Below the pieces are notes generated by a model. That model saw only the letters and a list, made by a program, of their open reading frames with translations, made no database searches and was not told the origin of the DNA. A stretch of 64,000 bases of DNA from Heptranchias perlo (Eukaryota), in assembly GCF_035084215.1 (NCBI RefSeq), contig NW_027138580.1, forward strand, positions 496,001 through 560,000. The letters are read 5' to 3'. Position 1 is the stretch's first letter, and each line of letters begins with the position of its first letter. The position numbers and the translations under genes are program-made. Shown here in pieces: positions 1 through 11,379 of the stretch.

Positions 1-419
1 TTGATGGCACAAACATTTTACTGTCTGCTGAGATTGTTGGGGCGAAGACCTGAAGCTCTGGAGCAAGGGCACGGATGATTTTAATATGTTTCTAAACCCA
101 CGCTTCCTTACAGCTCATTTACACATCATCATTGACGAGAAACAGAAGCAAAAACAATAGTTCAAAACATTTTACAATCAACCCCACCAAAATAAAACTC
201 CCCTTCTCACACCCCCTGTAACTAAAGATAGGGAGACTGGTGAGCCTGAGGATAAAATCTCTCTCCGTCCCTTTTGTGTTTGTCTCTTAAATTCCCTTCC
301 CTTCTCCTTCCCCTTTGTGTTTCACTCTTCCTTCCCTTTGAGTCTCTCTCCCCGTCCATTCATTCGCTCTCTCTCAGCTCCGTCTCCTCTATGCTTTTTA
401 TTTCATCCTTTCCCTTTCC

Positions 420-1340
420 CTCCCTCTTTCTCTACTCAATCCCTTTCTCTCTCTGTGTCTTCCTCTATTCCCCACCCTCCCTCTTTCTCCACTCAATCCC
501 TTTCTCTCTCTGTGTCTTCCTCTATTCCCCACCCTCCCTCTTTCTCCACTCAATCCCTTTCTCTCTCTGTGTCTTCCTCTATTCCCCACCCTCTCTCCCT
601 CTTTCTCCACTCAATCCCTTTCTCTCTCTGTGTCTTCCTCTATTCCCCACCCTCTCTCCCTCTTTCTCCACTCAATCCCTTTCTCTCTCTGTGTCTTCCT
701 CTATTCCCCACCCTCCCTCTTTCTCCACTCAATCCTTTTCTCTCTCTGTGTCTTCCTCTATTCCCCACCCTCTCTCCCTCTCTCTCTCTGTCTTCCTCTA
801 TTCCCCACCCTCCCTCTTTCTCCACTCAATCCCTTTCTCTCTCTGTGTCTTCCTCTATTCCCCATCCTCTCTCCCTCTTTCTCCACTCAATCCTTTTCTC
901 TCTCGGTGTCTTCCTCTATTCCCCACCCTCTCTCCCTCTTTCTCCACTCAATCCCTTTCTCTCTCTGTGTCTTCCTCTATTCCCCACCCTCTCTCCCTCT
1001 TTCTCCACTCAATCCCTTTCTCTCTCTGTGTCTTCCTCTATTCCCCATCCTCTCTCCCTCTTTCTCCACTCAATCCTTTTCTCTCTCTGTGTCTTCCTCT
1101 ATTCCCCATCCTCTCTCCCTCTTTCTCCACTCAATCCCTTTCTCTCTCTGTGTCTTCCTCTATTCCCCATCCTCTCTCCCTCTTTCTCCACTCAATCCCT
1201 TTCTCTCTCTCTGTCTTCCTCTATTCCCCACCCTCTCTCCCTCTTTCTCCACTCAATCCCTTTCTCTCTGTGTGTCTTCCTCTATTCCACACCCTCTCTC
1301 CCTCTTTCTCTACTCAATCCCTTTCTCTGTGTGTCTTGCT
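420..1340. repeat. CT-rich minisatellite, 57/61-bp unit (CTCTTTCTCCACTCAATCCCTTTCTCTCTCTGTGTCTTCCTCTATTCCCCACCCTC[TCTC]C)
   Basis: Unit recurs at 481, 538 and onward, about 15 copies. The stop-free pyrimidine strand explains the Ser/Leu/Pro/Phe ORFs at 274-1472. Confidence 0.93.
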
Positions 1341-1619
1341 CTATTTCATCTTTTCCCCCCTCAGTACCTGATGTGCCCGATCAAGCATAATACGGTCGGT
1401 GATCCAGGTGCTGGAAACATACGGAGGCTGGGGAGCATTGGAACCTGTGGGTTGGCTGGGAACAGTCTCTGAAGACCAGGTGTGGGCCTCAGGACCCGAA
1501 TGATAGACAGGCGAGTCTTGTGGGCTATCAGTTGGGCTCCCTCCCAGTTACGGCCCCGGAGAGCATGGCAGGAATGGTTCAGTGAGGAGCATGGAGCATT
1601 CACAGCTGTCTTGGCACTG

Positions 1620-4139
1620 GAGCAAAGAGTGGGCGGGGCTTCAGGGTCCCAGTGACCGGGAGCAAAGAGTGGGCGGGGCTTCAGGGTCCCTGTGACCAGG
1701 GACGAAGAGTGGGCGGGGCTTCAGGGTCCCAGTGACGGTGAACAAAGAGTGGGCGGGGCTTCAGGGTCCCAGTGACTGTGAACAAAGAGTGGGCGGGGCT
1801 TCAGGGTCCCAGTGACCGGGAACAAAGAGTGGGCGGGGCTTCAGGGTCCCTGTGACCGGGAACAAAGAGTGGGCGGGGCTTCAGGGTCCCAGTGACCAGG
1901 GACACAGAGTGGGCGGGGCTTCAGGGTCCCTGTGACCAGGGACAAAGAGTGGGCGGGGCTTCAGGGTCCCAGTGACCAGGGACAAAGAGTGGGCGGGGCT
2001 TCAGGGTCCCAGTGACCGGGAACAAAGAGTGGGCGGGGCTTCAGGGTCCCAGTGACCAGGAACAAAGAGTGGGCGGGGCTTCAGGGTCCCAGTGACCAGG
2101 GACAAAGAGTGGGCGGGGCTTCAGGGTCCCAGTGACAGGGAACAAAGAGTGGGCGGGGCTTCAGGGTCCCAGTGACCGGGAACAAAGAGTGGGCGGGGCT
2201 TCAGGGTCCCAGTGACCGGGAACAAAGAGTGGGCGGGGCTTCAGGGTCCCAGTGATTGGGAACAAAGAGTGGGCGGGGCTTCAGGGTCCCCGTGACCGGG
2301 AACAAAGAGTGGGCGGGGCTTCAGGGTCCCAGTGACTGTGAACAAAGAGTGGGCGGGGCTTTAGGGTCCCAGTGACTGTGAACAAAGAGTGGGCGGGGCT
2401 TCAGGGTCCCAGTGACCGGGAACAAAGAGTGGGCGGGGCTTCAGGGTCCCTGTGACGGGGAACAAAGAGTGGGCGGGGCTTCAGGGTCCCAGTGACGGGG
2501 AACAAAGAGTGGGCGGGGCTTCAGGGTCCCAGTGACGGGGAACAAAGAGTGGGCGGGGCTTCAGGGTCCCTGTGACGGGGAACAAAGAGTGGGCGGGGCT
2601 TCAGGGTCCCAGTGACCGGGAACAAAGAGTGGGCGGGGCTTCAGGGTCCCTGTGACGGGGAACAAAGAATGGGCGGGGCTTCAGGGTCCCAGTGACGGGG
2701 AACAAAGAGTGGGGCGGGGCTTCAGGGTCCCAGTGACCGGGAACAAAGAGTGGGCGGGGCTTCAGGGTCCCAGTGACGGGGAACAAAGAGTGGGCGGGGC
2801 TTCAGGGTCCCAGTGACTGGGAACAAAGAGTGGGCGGGGCTTCAGCGTCCCTGTGACGGTGAACAAAGAGTGGGCGGGGCTTCAGGGTCCCAGTGACTGG
2901 GAACAAAGAGTGGGCGGGGCTTCAGGGTCCCTGTGACTGTGAACAAAGAGTGGGCGGGGCTTCAGGGTCCCAGTGACAGTGAACAAAGAGTGGGCGGGGC
3001 TTCAGGGTCCCAGTGACTGTGAACAAAGAGTGGGCGGGGCTTCAGGGTCCCAGTGACGGGGAACAAAGAGTGGGCGGGGCTTCAGGGTCCCAGTGACTGG
3101 GAACAAAGAGTGGGCGGGGCTTCAGCGTCCCTGTGACGGTGAACAAAGAGTGGGCGGGGCTTCAGGGTCCCAGTGACTGGGAACAAAGAGTGGGCGGGGC
3201 TTCAGGGTCCCAGTGACTGGGAACAAAGAGTGGGCGGGGCTTCAGGGTCCCAGTGACCGGGAACAAAGAGTGGGCGGGGCTTCAGGGTCCCAGTGACCGG
3301 GAACAAAGAGTGGGCGGGGCTTCAGGGTCCCAGTGACGGGGAACAAAGGGTGGGCGGGGCTTCAGGTTCCCACTGACCGGGAACAAAGAGTGGGCGGGGC
3401 TTCAGGGTCCCAGTGACCGGGAACAAAGAGTGGGCGGGGCTTCAGGGTCCCAGTGACCGGGAACAAAGAGTGGGCGGGGCTTCAGGGTCCCAGTGACGGG
3501 GAACAAAGGGTGGGCGGGGCTTCAGGTTCCCACTGACCGGGAACAAAGAGTGGGCGGGGCTTCAGGGTCCCAGTGACGGGGAACAAAGAGTGGGCGGGGC
3601 TTCAGGGTCCCAGTGACGGGGAACAAAGGGTGGGCGGGGCTTCAGGGTCCCAGTGACTGTGAACAAAGAGTGGGCGTGGCTTCAGGGTCCCAGTGACTGT
3701 GAACAAAGAGTGGGCGGGGCTTCAGGGTCCCAGTGACTGGGAACAAAGAGTGGGCGGGGCTTCAGGGTCCCAGTGACCAGGAACAAAGAGTGGGCGGGGC
3801 TTCAGGGTCCCAGTGACGGTGAACAAAGAGTGGGCGGGGCTTCAGGGTCCCAGTGACGGTGAACAAAGAGTGGGCGGGGCTTCAGGGTCCCAGTGACTGG
3901 GAACAAAGAGTGGGCGGGGCTTCTGGGTCCCATTGACGGGGAACAAAGAGTGGGCGGGGCTTTTGGGTCCCATTGACGGGGAACAAATAGTGGGCGGAGC
4001 TTCTGGGTCCCATTGACGGGGAACAAAGAGTGGGCGGGGCTTCTGGGTCCCATTGACGGGGAACAAAGAGTGGGCGGGGCTTCTGGGTCCCATTGACGGG
4101 GAACAAAGAGTGGGCGGGGCTTCTGGGTCCCATTGACGG
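1620..4139. repeat. 40-bp GC-box minisatellite (AACAAAGAGTGGGCGGGGCTTCAGGGTCCCAGTGACCGGG), about 63 copies
   Basis: Exact 40-bp periodicity visible in the line layout. The last ~6 units switch to a TTCTGGGTCCCATTGACGGGG variant. Confidence 0.97.
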
Positions 4140-4267
4140 ACTATACCTGAAGACGTCAACATTTTTTCTTTACAGATGTTGCCAGACTTGCTGAGTGTTT
4201 CCAGCATGTTTTGGTTTCGTTTAAGATTTCCTGCACAAGCAGCATTTTCTTTTTTGTTACACCCAGA

Positions 4268-5068
4268 AGTGTTTGATGGGACAGCGTAGAGGGAGCTTTA
4301 CTCTGTATCTAACCCGTGCTGTACCTGCCCTGGGAGTGTTTGATGGGACAGCGTAGAGGGAGCTTTACTCTGTATCTAACCCGTGCTGTACCTGCCCCGG
4401 GAGTGTTTGATGGGACAGTGTAGAGGGAGCTTTACTCTGTATCTAACCCGTGCTGTCCCTGCCCTGGGAGTGTTTGATGGGACAGTGTGGAGGGAGCTTT
4501 ACTCTGTATCTAACCCGTGCTGTACCTGCCCTGGGAGTGTTTGATGGGACAGTGTAGAGGGAGCTTTACTCTGTATCTAACCCGTGCTGTACCTGCCCCG
4601 GGAGTGTTTGATGGGACAGTGTAGAGGGAGCTTTACTCTGCATCTAACCCGTGCTGTACCTGTCCTGGGAGTGTTTGATGGGACAGTGTAGAAGGAGCTT
4701 TACTCTGTATCTAACCCGTGCTGTACCTGCCCCGGGAGTGTTTGATGGGACGGTGTGGAGGGAGCTTTACTCTGTATCTAACCCGTGCTGCACCTGCCCC
4801 GGGAGTGTTTGATGGGACGGTGTGGAGGGAGCTTTACTCTGTATCTAACCCGTGCTGTCCCTGCCCCGGGAGTGTTTGATGGGACAGTGTAGAGGGAGCT
4901 TTACTCTGTATCTAACCCGTGCTGTACCTGCCCTGGGAGTGTTTGATGGGACAGTGTAGAGGGAGCTTTACTCTGTATCTAACCCGTGCTGTACCTGCCC
5001 CGGGAGTGTTTGATGGGACAGTGCAGAGGGAGCTTTACTCTGTATCTAACCCGTGCTGTTCCTGCCCC
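4268..5068 (+). repeat. 67-bp minisatellite (GGGAGTGTTTGATGGGACAGTGTAGAGGGAGCTTTACTCTGTATCTAACCCGTGCTGTACCTGCCCT)
   Basis: Unit starts at 4332, 4399 and onward (67-bp spacing), about 12 copies. The same family occurs inverted at 32017-33865. Confidence 0.95.
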
Positions 5069-6605
5069 GGGAGTGTTTGATGGGACAGTGCGGAGGGAGC
5101 TTTACTCTGTCCCTGCCCCGGGAGTGTTTGATGGGACAGTGTAGAGTGAGATTTACTCTGTCCCTGCCCCGGGAGTGTTTGATGGGACAGTGCGGAGGGA
5201 GATTTACTCTGTCCCTGCCCCGGGAGGGTTTGATGGGACAGTGCGGAGGGAGATTTACTCTGTCCCTGCCCCGGGAGGGTTTGATGGGACAGTGCGGAGG
5301 GAGATTTACTCTGTCCCTGCCCCGGGAGGGTTTATGGGACAGTGTGGAGGGAGATTTACTCTGTCCCTGCCCCGGGAGTGTTTGATGGGACAGTGCGGAG
5401 GGAGATTTACTCTGTCCCTGCCCCGGGAGGGTTTGATGGGACAGTGCGGAGGGAGATTTACTCTGTCCCTGCCCCGGGAGGGTTTGATGGGACAGTGTGG
5501 AGGGAGATTTACTCTGTCCCTGCCCTGGGAGTGTTTGATGGGACAGTGCGGAGGGAGATTTACTCTGTCCCTGCCCCGGGAGGGTTTGATGGACAGTGCG
5601 GAGGGAGATTTACTCTGTCCCTGCCCCGGGAGGGTTTATGGGACAGTGTGGAGGGAGATTTACTCTGTCCCTGCCCCGGGAGGGTTTGATGGGACAGTGT
5701 GGAGGGAGATTTACTCTGTCCCTGCCCTGGGAGTGTTTGATGGGACAGTGCGGAGGGAGATTTACTCTGTCCCTGCCCCGGGAGGGTTTGATGGACAGTG
5801 CGGAGGGAGATTTACTCTGTCCCTGCCCCGGGAGGGTTTGATGGGACAGTGTGGAGGGAGATTTACTCTGTCCCTGCCCCGGGAGGGTTTGATGGGACAG
5901 TGCGGAGGGAGATTTACTCTGTCCCTGCCCCGGGAGTGTTTGATGGGACAGTGCGGAGGGAGATTTACTCTGTCCCTGCCCCGGGAGGGTTTGATGGGAC
6001 AGTGAGGAGGGAGATTTACTCTGTCCCTGCCCCGGGAGTGTTTGATGGGACAGTGCGGAGGGAGATTTACTCTGTCCCTGCCCCGGGAGTGTTTGATGGG
6101 ACAGTGCGGAGGGAGATTTACTCTGTCCCTGCCCCGGGAGGGTTTGATGGGACAGTGTGGAGGGAGATTTACTCTGTCCCTGCCCCGGGAGTGTTTGATG
6201 GGACAGTGCGGAGGGAGATTTACTCTGTCCCTGCCCCGGGAGGGTTTGATGGGACAGTGCGGAGGGAGATTTACTCTGTCCCTGCCCCGGGAGTGTTTGA
6301 TGGGACAGTGCGGAGGGAGATTTACTCTGTCCCTGCCCCGGGAGTGTTTGATGGGACAGTGCGGAGGGAGATTTACTCTGTCCCTGCCCCGGGAGTGTTT
6401 GATGGGACAGTGCGGAGGGAGATTTACTCTGTCCCTGCCCCGGGAGGGTTTGATGGGACAGTGCGGAGGGAGATTTACTCTGTCCCTGCCCCGGGAGGGT
6501 TTGATGGGACAGTGCGGAGGGAGATTTACTCTGTCCCTGCCCCGGGAGGGTTTGATGGACAGTGCGGAGGGAGATTTACTCTGTCCCTGCCCCGGGAGGG
6601 TTTGA
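5069..6605 (+). repeat. 51-bp minisatellite derived from the 67-bp unit by a 16-bp deletion
   Basis: Unit GGGAGTGTTTGATGGGACAGTGCGGAGGGAGATTTACTCTGTCCCTGCCCC. It produces the 17-aa repeat ORFs (REIYSVPAPGGFDGTVR). Confidence 0.95.
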
Positions 6606-6759
6606 CACTGGGTGCTCCGAAGTGGTGAGATATTCCATTCCCCAAGCACTGACCTTCGACACATCGTTGAGCATGAACATCAGAAATTGGGCAGGAAAAG
6701 ACCTGCTGCTCCATCAAGCCTGCCCCACGCCGATGACGGCTGAAACATCGTGACTGGAC

Positions 6760-7090
6760 ACTCTGGGACCGGACACTCCCCACTCCCAAGTAATGTCCTC
6801 GGAGAGGCAAAAAAAAAAACGGGGATAAAAACCTCGGCATCAATAAGAGAGAAAATATTCTGGGAACTTGCTCTCCGACCCCCTCAGGCGATCGAAACCG
6901 GTCCAGGAGGTCACATTGGCCATGGGGTACGTTAACTGTTAATCCACTGACCGTCTGTGTGGTGCGATCTCTGCCCCAGTCAGGAACTGGTCCAGCTCCC
7001 TCTTGAAGGCAGAGAGTCGGCACTCACCACAACACCTGGCAACGTATTCCAGAGACTCGGTACCCTCTGGGAAAAGAGGAACCGCCCCAA
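6760..7090 (-). mobile_element. Old CR1 LINE 3' fragment (ORF2 C-terminus plus 3'UTR)
   Basis: Minus frames give FSQRVPSLWNTLPGVVVSADS / AFKRELDQFL, the CR1 ORF2 C-terminal motif. A related 3'UTR lies at about 9430-9690 (+). Confidence 0.7.
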
Positions 7091-7414
7091 CACCCAGAAA
7101 AAAAGAGATTGAACCAAAACAAAATGACGCAGACCCACCGACTTCTCCGCTGGACACAGATCGCCAGGGAGAAACCCAGGTCTGCAACAAGCCACCGACT
7201 CACTCGCATCTTCGAGACGTCAAGGACCGGACACGCCCTGGTTAAAACAGGACCTGCCAGGTGGAGGGCGGGGAGTCACCCCGGGGGCAGGTCAGGTGGT
7301 GCCTCGGCCCACGGTTTTGTCCTGTGAAAGTTCTGGCTGATAACCGGACAAGTACCTTCACCTGCTGAACGACGGCGCTCCCCTCAGTATCGCGTTGGAG
7401 TGAGTGCCTGAATT

Positions 7415-7935
7415 GTGAAAGGACCTCAGGGCGTTTTACAGCCAACGAAAGTGTCGTCACTGTTGTAATGTCGGGAACCGCAGCCAGTTTGTGCACAGCA
7501 AGATCCCACAAACAATGTGATAATAACCGGATAATCTGTTTTTAGTGATGTTCGTTCACCGGGGAGAACTCCCGCTGCTCATCTGCGAAATAGTCCCATG
7601 GGATCTTTCAACATCCACCCGAGAGGGGCAGAAGGGGCCCTCGGTTTAACGTCCCATCCGAAAGACGGCACCTCCGACAGCGCGGCGCTCCCTCGGCGCC
7701 GCCCCTCCGACAGCGCGGCGCTCCCTCGGTACCGACCCTCCGACAGCGCGGCGCTCCCTCAGCGCCGCCCCTCTGACAGCGCGGCGCTCCCTCAGCGCCG
7801 ACCCTCCGACAGCGCGGCGCTCCCTCAGCGCCGACCCTCCGACAGCGCGGCGCTCCCTCAGTACTGGCACCGGGGAGTGTCGGACTGGATTATGGGCTCA
7901 ATTCCCTGGAGTGGGACTTGACCCCATGACCTTCT
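7415..7935 (-). mobile_element. tRNA-derived DeuSINE (SacSINE1/AmnSINE-like) with an internal 33-bp tandem expansion
   Basis: Minus strand has a B-box-like GGTCAAGTCCC head, a Deu-domain-like core (…ATTATCACATTGTTTGTGGGATCTTGCTGTGCACAAACTGGCTGC…ATTACAACAGTGAC) and a tail like that of L2. Six 33-bp units lie at 7671-7860. Confidence 0.75.
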
Positions 7936-8263
7936 GACTCAGAGGCGAGGCTATTACACAGGAACGGTGAATCAAAGCAGATAGCCGTACCAGCTCATCT
8001 TGTGTTTCTTCCCTGAACTTTGTCGTCTGTCTGTGAATCTTTGGAAAAGCCCAGAGACATTAAAAGCCCAACCGTTTCTCCCGTGGACCCAGATTCCAAC
8101 AGGAAGGTGAATCTCCGCAACAAGACATCAAGGACTCGACCCACTGTGTGCTTAAAACAAAGCTGATTTATTCGACATGGATCCAGAATATTAAACTCCA
8201 GCCCAGTTATAGGGGTCATTAACATCAGCAGAAACAAACCCCAACTGTCAGAATGAACATGGT

Positions 8264-9355
8264 TCAGTCCTGGATGTGATTAACAGCAGCGATAACAGCA
8301 GAATCCAACACGTGAACTCGCTGGTGCCTCAGCAGGTAGGACGAGCGGGTGAATCCCTTCCCGCACACGGAGCAGGTGAACGGCCTCTCCCCGGTGTGAA
8401 CCCGCTGGTGAGCCAGCAGGTGTGCCGACATCCTGAAGCTCTTCCCGCACTGGGCGCAGCTGAAGGGCCTCTCCCCGGTGTGAATGCGCTGGTGGGACAG
8501 CAGGTTGGAGGACTGAGTGAATCCCTTCCTGCACACGGGGCAGGTGAAGGGCCTCTCCCCGGTGTGGATGAGCTGGTGGGTCAGCAGGTGGGACGACATC
8601 CTGAAGCCCTTCCCGCACTGGGAGCACCGGAACGGCCGCTCGTCGGTGTGGATCTGCTTGTGCTTCTTCAGCTCCTCGGTGCTCTTGAAACTCTTGCCGC
8701 AGTCGCTGCAGGCGAAGGGCCGCTCCTCAGTGTGCACCCGCTGGTGGGTCAGCAGGTTGGAGGACTGGGTGAACCCCTTCCCACAGAGCGGGCAGACGAA
8801 CGGCCGCTCGCCGGTGTGGACCCGCTGGTGGGTCAGCAGGTGCGAGGGCTTGGTGAACCCCTTCCCGCAGACCGAGCAGATGAACAGCCACTCGCCGCTG
8901 TGGACCCGCTGGTGGGTCAGCAGGCTGGACGACTCGGTGAAGCCCTTCCCGCAGGCGGAGCAGACGAACGGCCGCTCGCCGGTGTGGATGCGCCGGTGGA
9001 TCTCCAGTTTGGACGGGTAGCTGAACCCCTTGCCGCAGTCCCCGCACTTGTAGGGCTGCTCCCTGCCCGCCCCCGGGCCGGCCGGGCGGCCAAAGGCGAG
9101 GCCGCGCAGGCACAGCTTCTCCCCGCTGCGCCTGCTCAGGCCAGGTAACTGGTCAGCCCGCGGGAACCCTCTGCCCCGGGCAGGCCCCTCCGGCTGCTTT
9201 TCCAGCCACACCGCTGTCTCGAGTCTCTTCTCGCACACAAACATTTCCCCCTCCACGCTCATAGGCCGGTAATATTCAGGTCCCGGGGATTCGAGGGGCT
9301 CTGTCACACGGTGACGGGATGTTTCGCTTGAGTTTCCCGTCTGCAAATCGTCCAT
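8264..9355 (-). CDS. C2H2 zinc-finger protein (ZNF-A), 9 fingers, 363 aa from the first exon-internal ATG
   Basis: Nine C-x2-C-x12-H-x3-H fingers with TGERPF-type linkers. Acceptor TTTCTTGTGCAG|G puts the exon start at 9365, ATG at 9355 (MDDLQTGNS…). AATAAA on the minus strand at 8167-8172. An upstream coding exon cannot be excluded. Confidence 0.88.
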   Translation of the reverse strand: MDDLQTGNSSETSRHRVTEPLESPGPEYYRPMSVEGEMFVCEKRLETAVWLEKQPEGPARGRGFPRADQLPGLSRRSGEKLCLRGLAFGRPAGPGAGREQPYKCGDCGKGFSYPSKLEIHRRIHTGERPFVCSACGKGFTESSSLLTHQRVHSGEWLFICSVCGKGFTKPSHLLTHQRVHTGERPFVCPLCGKGFTQSSNLLTHQRVHTEERPFACSDCGKSFKSTEELKKHKQIHTDERPFRCSQCGKGFRMSSHLLTHQLIHTGERPFTCPVCRKGFTQSSNLLSHQRIHTGERPFSCAQCGKSFRMSAHLLAHQRVHTGERPFTCSVCGKGFTRSSYLLRHQRVHVLDSAVIAAVNHIQD

Positions 9356-10189
9356 TTCTGATGCCCTGCACAAGAAATTTACAAAAGTCGTCACTCTAAG
9401 TGCGGGATAGGAATTCAGAGCAGGCAATACAGAACGTTCAAAAGGAAGGAATTATCAGGGCAAGAGTGATGTCCTGGACTAGTTTCGAACGCCGTGGGGA
9501 GGGGGGAGGCGGCCAGAGCGGAATTTCCCAGATTCTCCCCCCTCCAAATCATCCTGGGTTTTTATCTGGTTTTCCCTCTTTCCCAGGGCATCACGTGGTT
9601 TTGGGTGGGGTGGGGACTGTATATATTGTGATACACAATTGTGTGGGACTGGCTGGATGGACCAAAGGGTCTTTTCCTGTCTGTCTACGTCCGTATTCTT
9701 TCCCCTTCTGGCTGCTCCTCCCGCCATCCCCAAGTGTTGAAAACCAAATCCATCAAAGTGTCCGCTATTTCTTCCTCTCCCTCCTCTCTGATTCCGCGAC
9801 CCCGGTGCTGGGGCCAGTTTCCGCAGTCGGCAGCTGCCCTATCCCCAGTAGCCTCCTGATTGCCTAATCTTCATAAGTGAGCGTTGGCAGGCTGACTATC
9901 AGGGGAAAATATCAGTGCTGACCCCCACTCAGTCTATCACCTGATGGCCTACACACGCCCCTTTTCAGTAGATAGTTCCACTCAGTCCCCCCACCCCTCC
10001 TCCCTCAGACAGCCCCCAATTGGTCTCTGTATTTCTAGACTTGGTGCTGTGTGGTTTCCGTTACCCGATCTTGAAAGAAAACACTTACCAGCTAACGACA
10101 AACCGCACCAGCCAGTATGCAACATGCCAAAGAAGCCGCTCTATCTGACTCGCTCAGACTGCGCGTGCTGGGTACGCCTGGTAGCCCGA

Positions 10190-11300
10190 CTGCCATCCCA
10201 GATCTCTGCGCTCCTCCAATTCCGGCCTCTTGCACACCCCCGATTTTAATCGCTCCACCATTGGCGGCCGTGCCTTCAGCTGTCTGGGCCCCAAGCTCTG
10301 GAATTCCCTCCCTAAACCTCTCCGCCTCTCTCTCCTCCTTTAAGACGCTCCTTAAAACCTCCCTCTTTGACCAAGCTTTTACATGCATACGAATTAAGAG
10401 CAGGAGTAGGCCATTCGGCCCCTCGAGCCTGCTCTGCCATTTGATAAGATCATGGCTGATCTGATTGTGACCTCAACCCTACTTTCCTATCTACCTACTA
10501 TAACCTTTGACTCGCTTGTTAATCAGGAATCTATCTAACTCAGCCTTAAAAATATTCAGTGACCCTGCCTCCACCGCTCTCTGGGGAAGGGAGTTCCACA
10601 GACTCACGACCCTCTGAGAGAAAAAATTTCTCCTCATCTCCGTCTTAAATGGGAGACCCCTTATTTTTAAACTGTGGCCCCTAGTTCTAGTCTCTCCCAC
10701 AAGGGGAAACATCCTCTCAGCATCTACCCCTTCTAGTCCCCTCAGGATCTTATGTGTTTCAATAAGATCACCTCTCATCCTTCTGAACTCCAATGTATAC
10801 AGGCCCAACTTGTCCAACCTTTCCTCATAAGATAACCCCCTCATCCCAGGAATCAGTCGAGTGAACCTTCTCTGAACCGCCTCCAAAGCAATTATGCCCT
10901 TTCTTAAATAAGGAGACCAAAACTGCACACAGTATTCCAGATGTGGTCTCACCAATGCCCTGAACAACTGTAGTAAAAACATCTCGACTTTTATATTCCA
11001 TTCCCCTTGCAGTAAATGACAACATTCCATTTGCCTCCCTTGCTGTACCTGCATACCAACTTTCTGTGATTCATGTACTCGGACACCCAGATCCCTCTGT
11101 ACCTCAGAGTTCTGCAATCTCTCTCCATTTAAATAATACACTGCTTTTCTATTCCTCCTGCCAAAGTGGACAAGTTCACATTTTCCCACATTATACCCCA
11201 TCTGTCTATGCCCCTACCTCTCCTTATGTGACTTGATAACCGCTCCTGTGAAGCGCCTCGGGGCGTTTTGCTATGTTAAAGGCGCTATATGAATGCAAGG
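10190..11300 (+). mobile_element. L2 LINE 3' end (10190-10380 and 11202-11300) split by a CR1 insertion
   Basis: The GGCCGTGCCTTCAGCTG…CTCTGGAATTCCCTCCC…CTCTTTGACCAAGCTTT segment resumes after 11201 and ends in the L2-type tail GTGAAGCGCCTCGGG…AAAGGCGCTATATGAATGCAAG. Confidence 0.75.
10385..11201 (-). mobile_element. CR1 LINE, 5'-truncated (ORF2 C-terminus plus 3'UTR)
   Basis: LVRPHLEYCVQFWSP, RRMRGDLIE, RRNFFSQRVVSLWNSLP. The tail reads AGCAGGAGTAGGCCATTCGGCCCCTCGAGCC on the plus strand. Confidence 0.93.
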
Positions 11301-11379
11301 AGTTGCTGCTCCCCACTGGCGGTCAGCCCATGATGGGGAACCACCAAAGGAGCCTCCCTCCATCCAGCCATCAATCAAT

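Noticed and set aside
274-1472. Long Ser/Leu/Pro/Phe ORFs of 280-365 aa
   Set aside because: All three frames are open because the CT-rich repeat lacks stops. Non-ATG starts and no domain.
5053-6664. 17-aa repeat ORFs on both strands
   Set aside because: Consequence of a 51-bp unit. Single-base indels shift frames freely, showing no coding constraint.
8276-9148. 290-aa antisense ORF over ZNF-A (likewise 22930-23589 and 29405-29947)
   Set aside because: Antisense open frames are a usual by-product of GC-rich C2H2 codon patterns.
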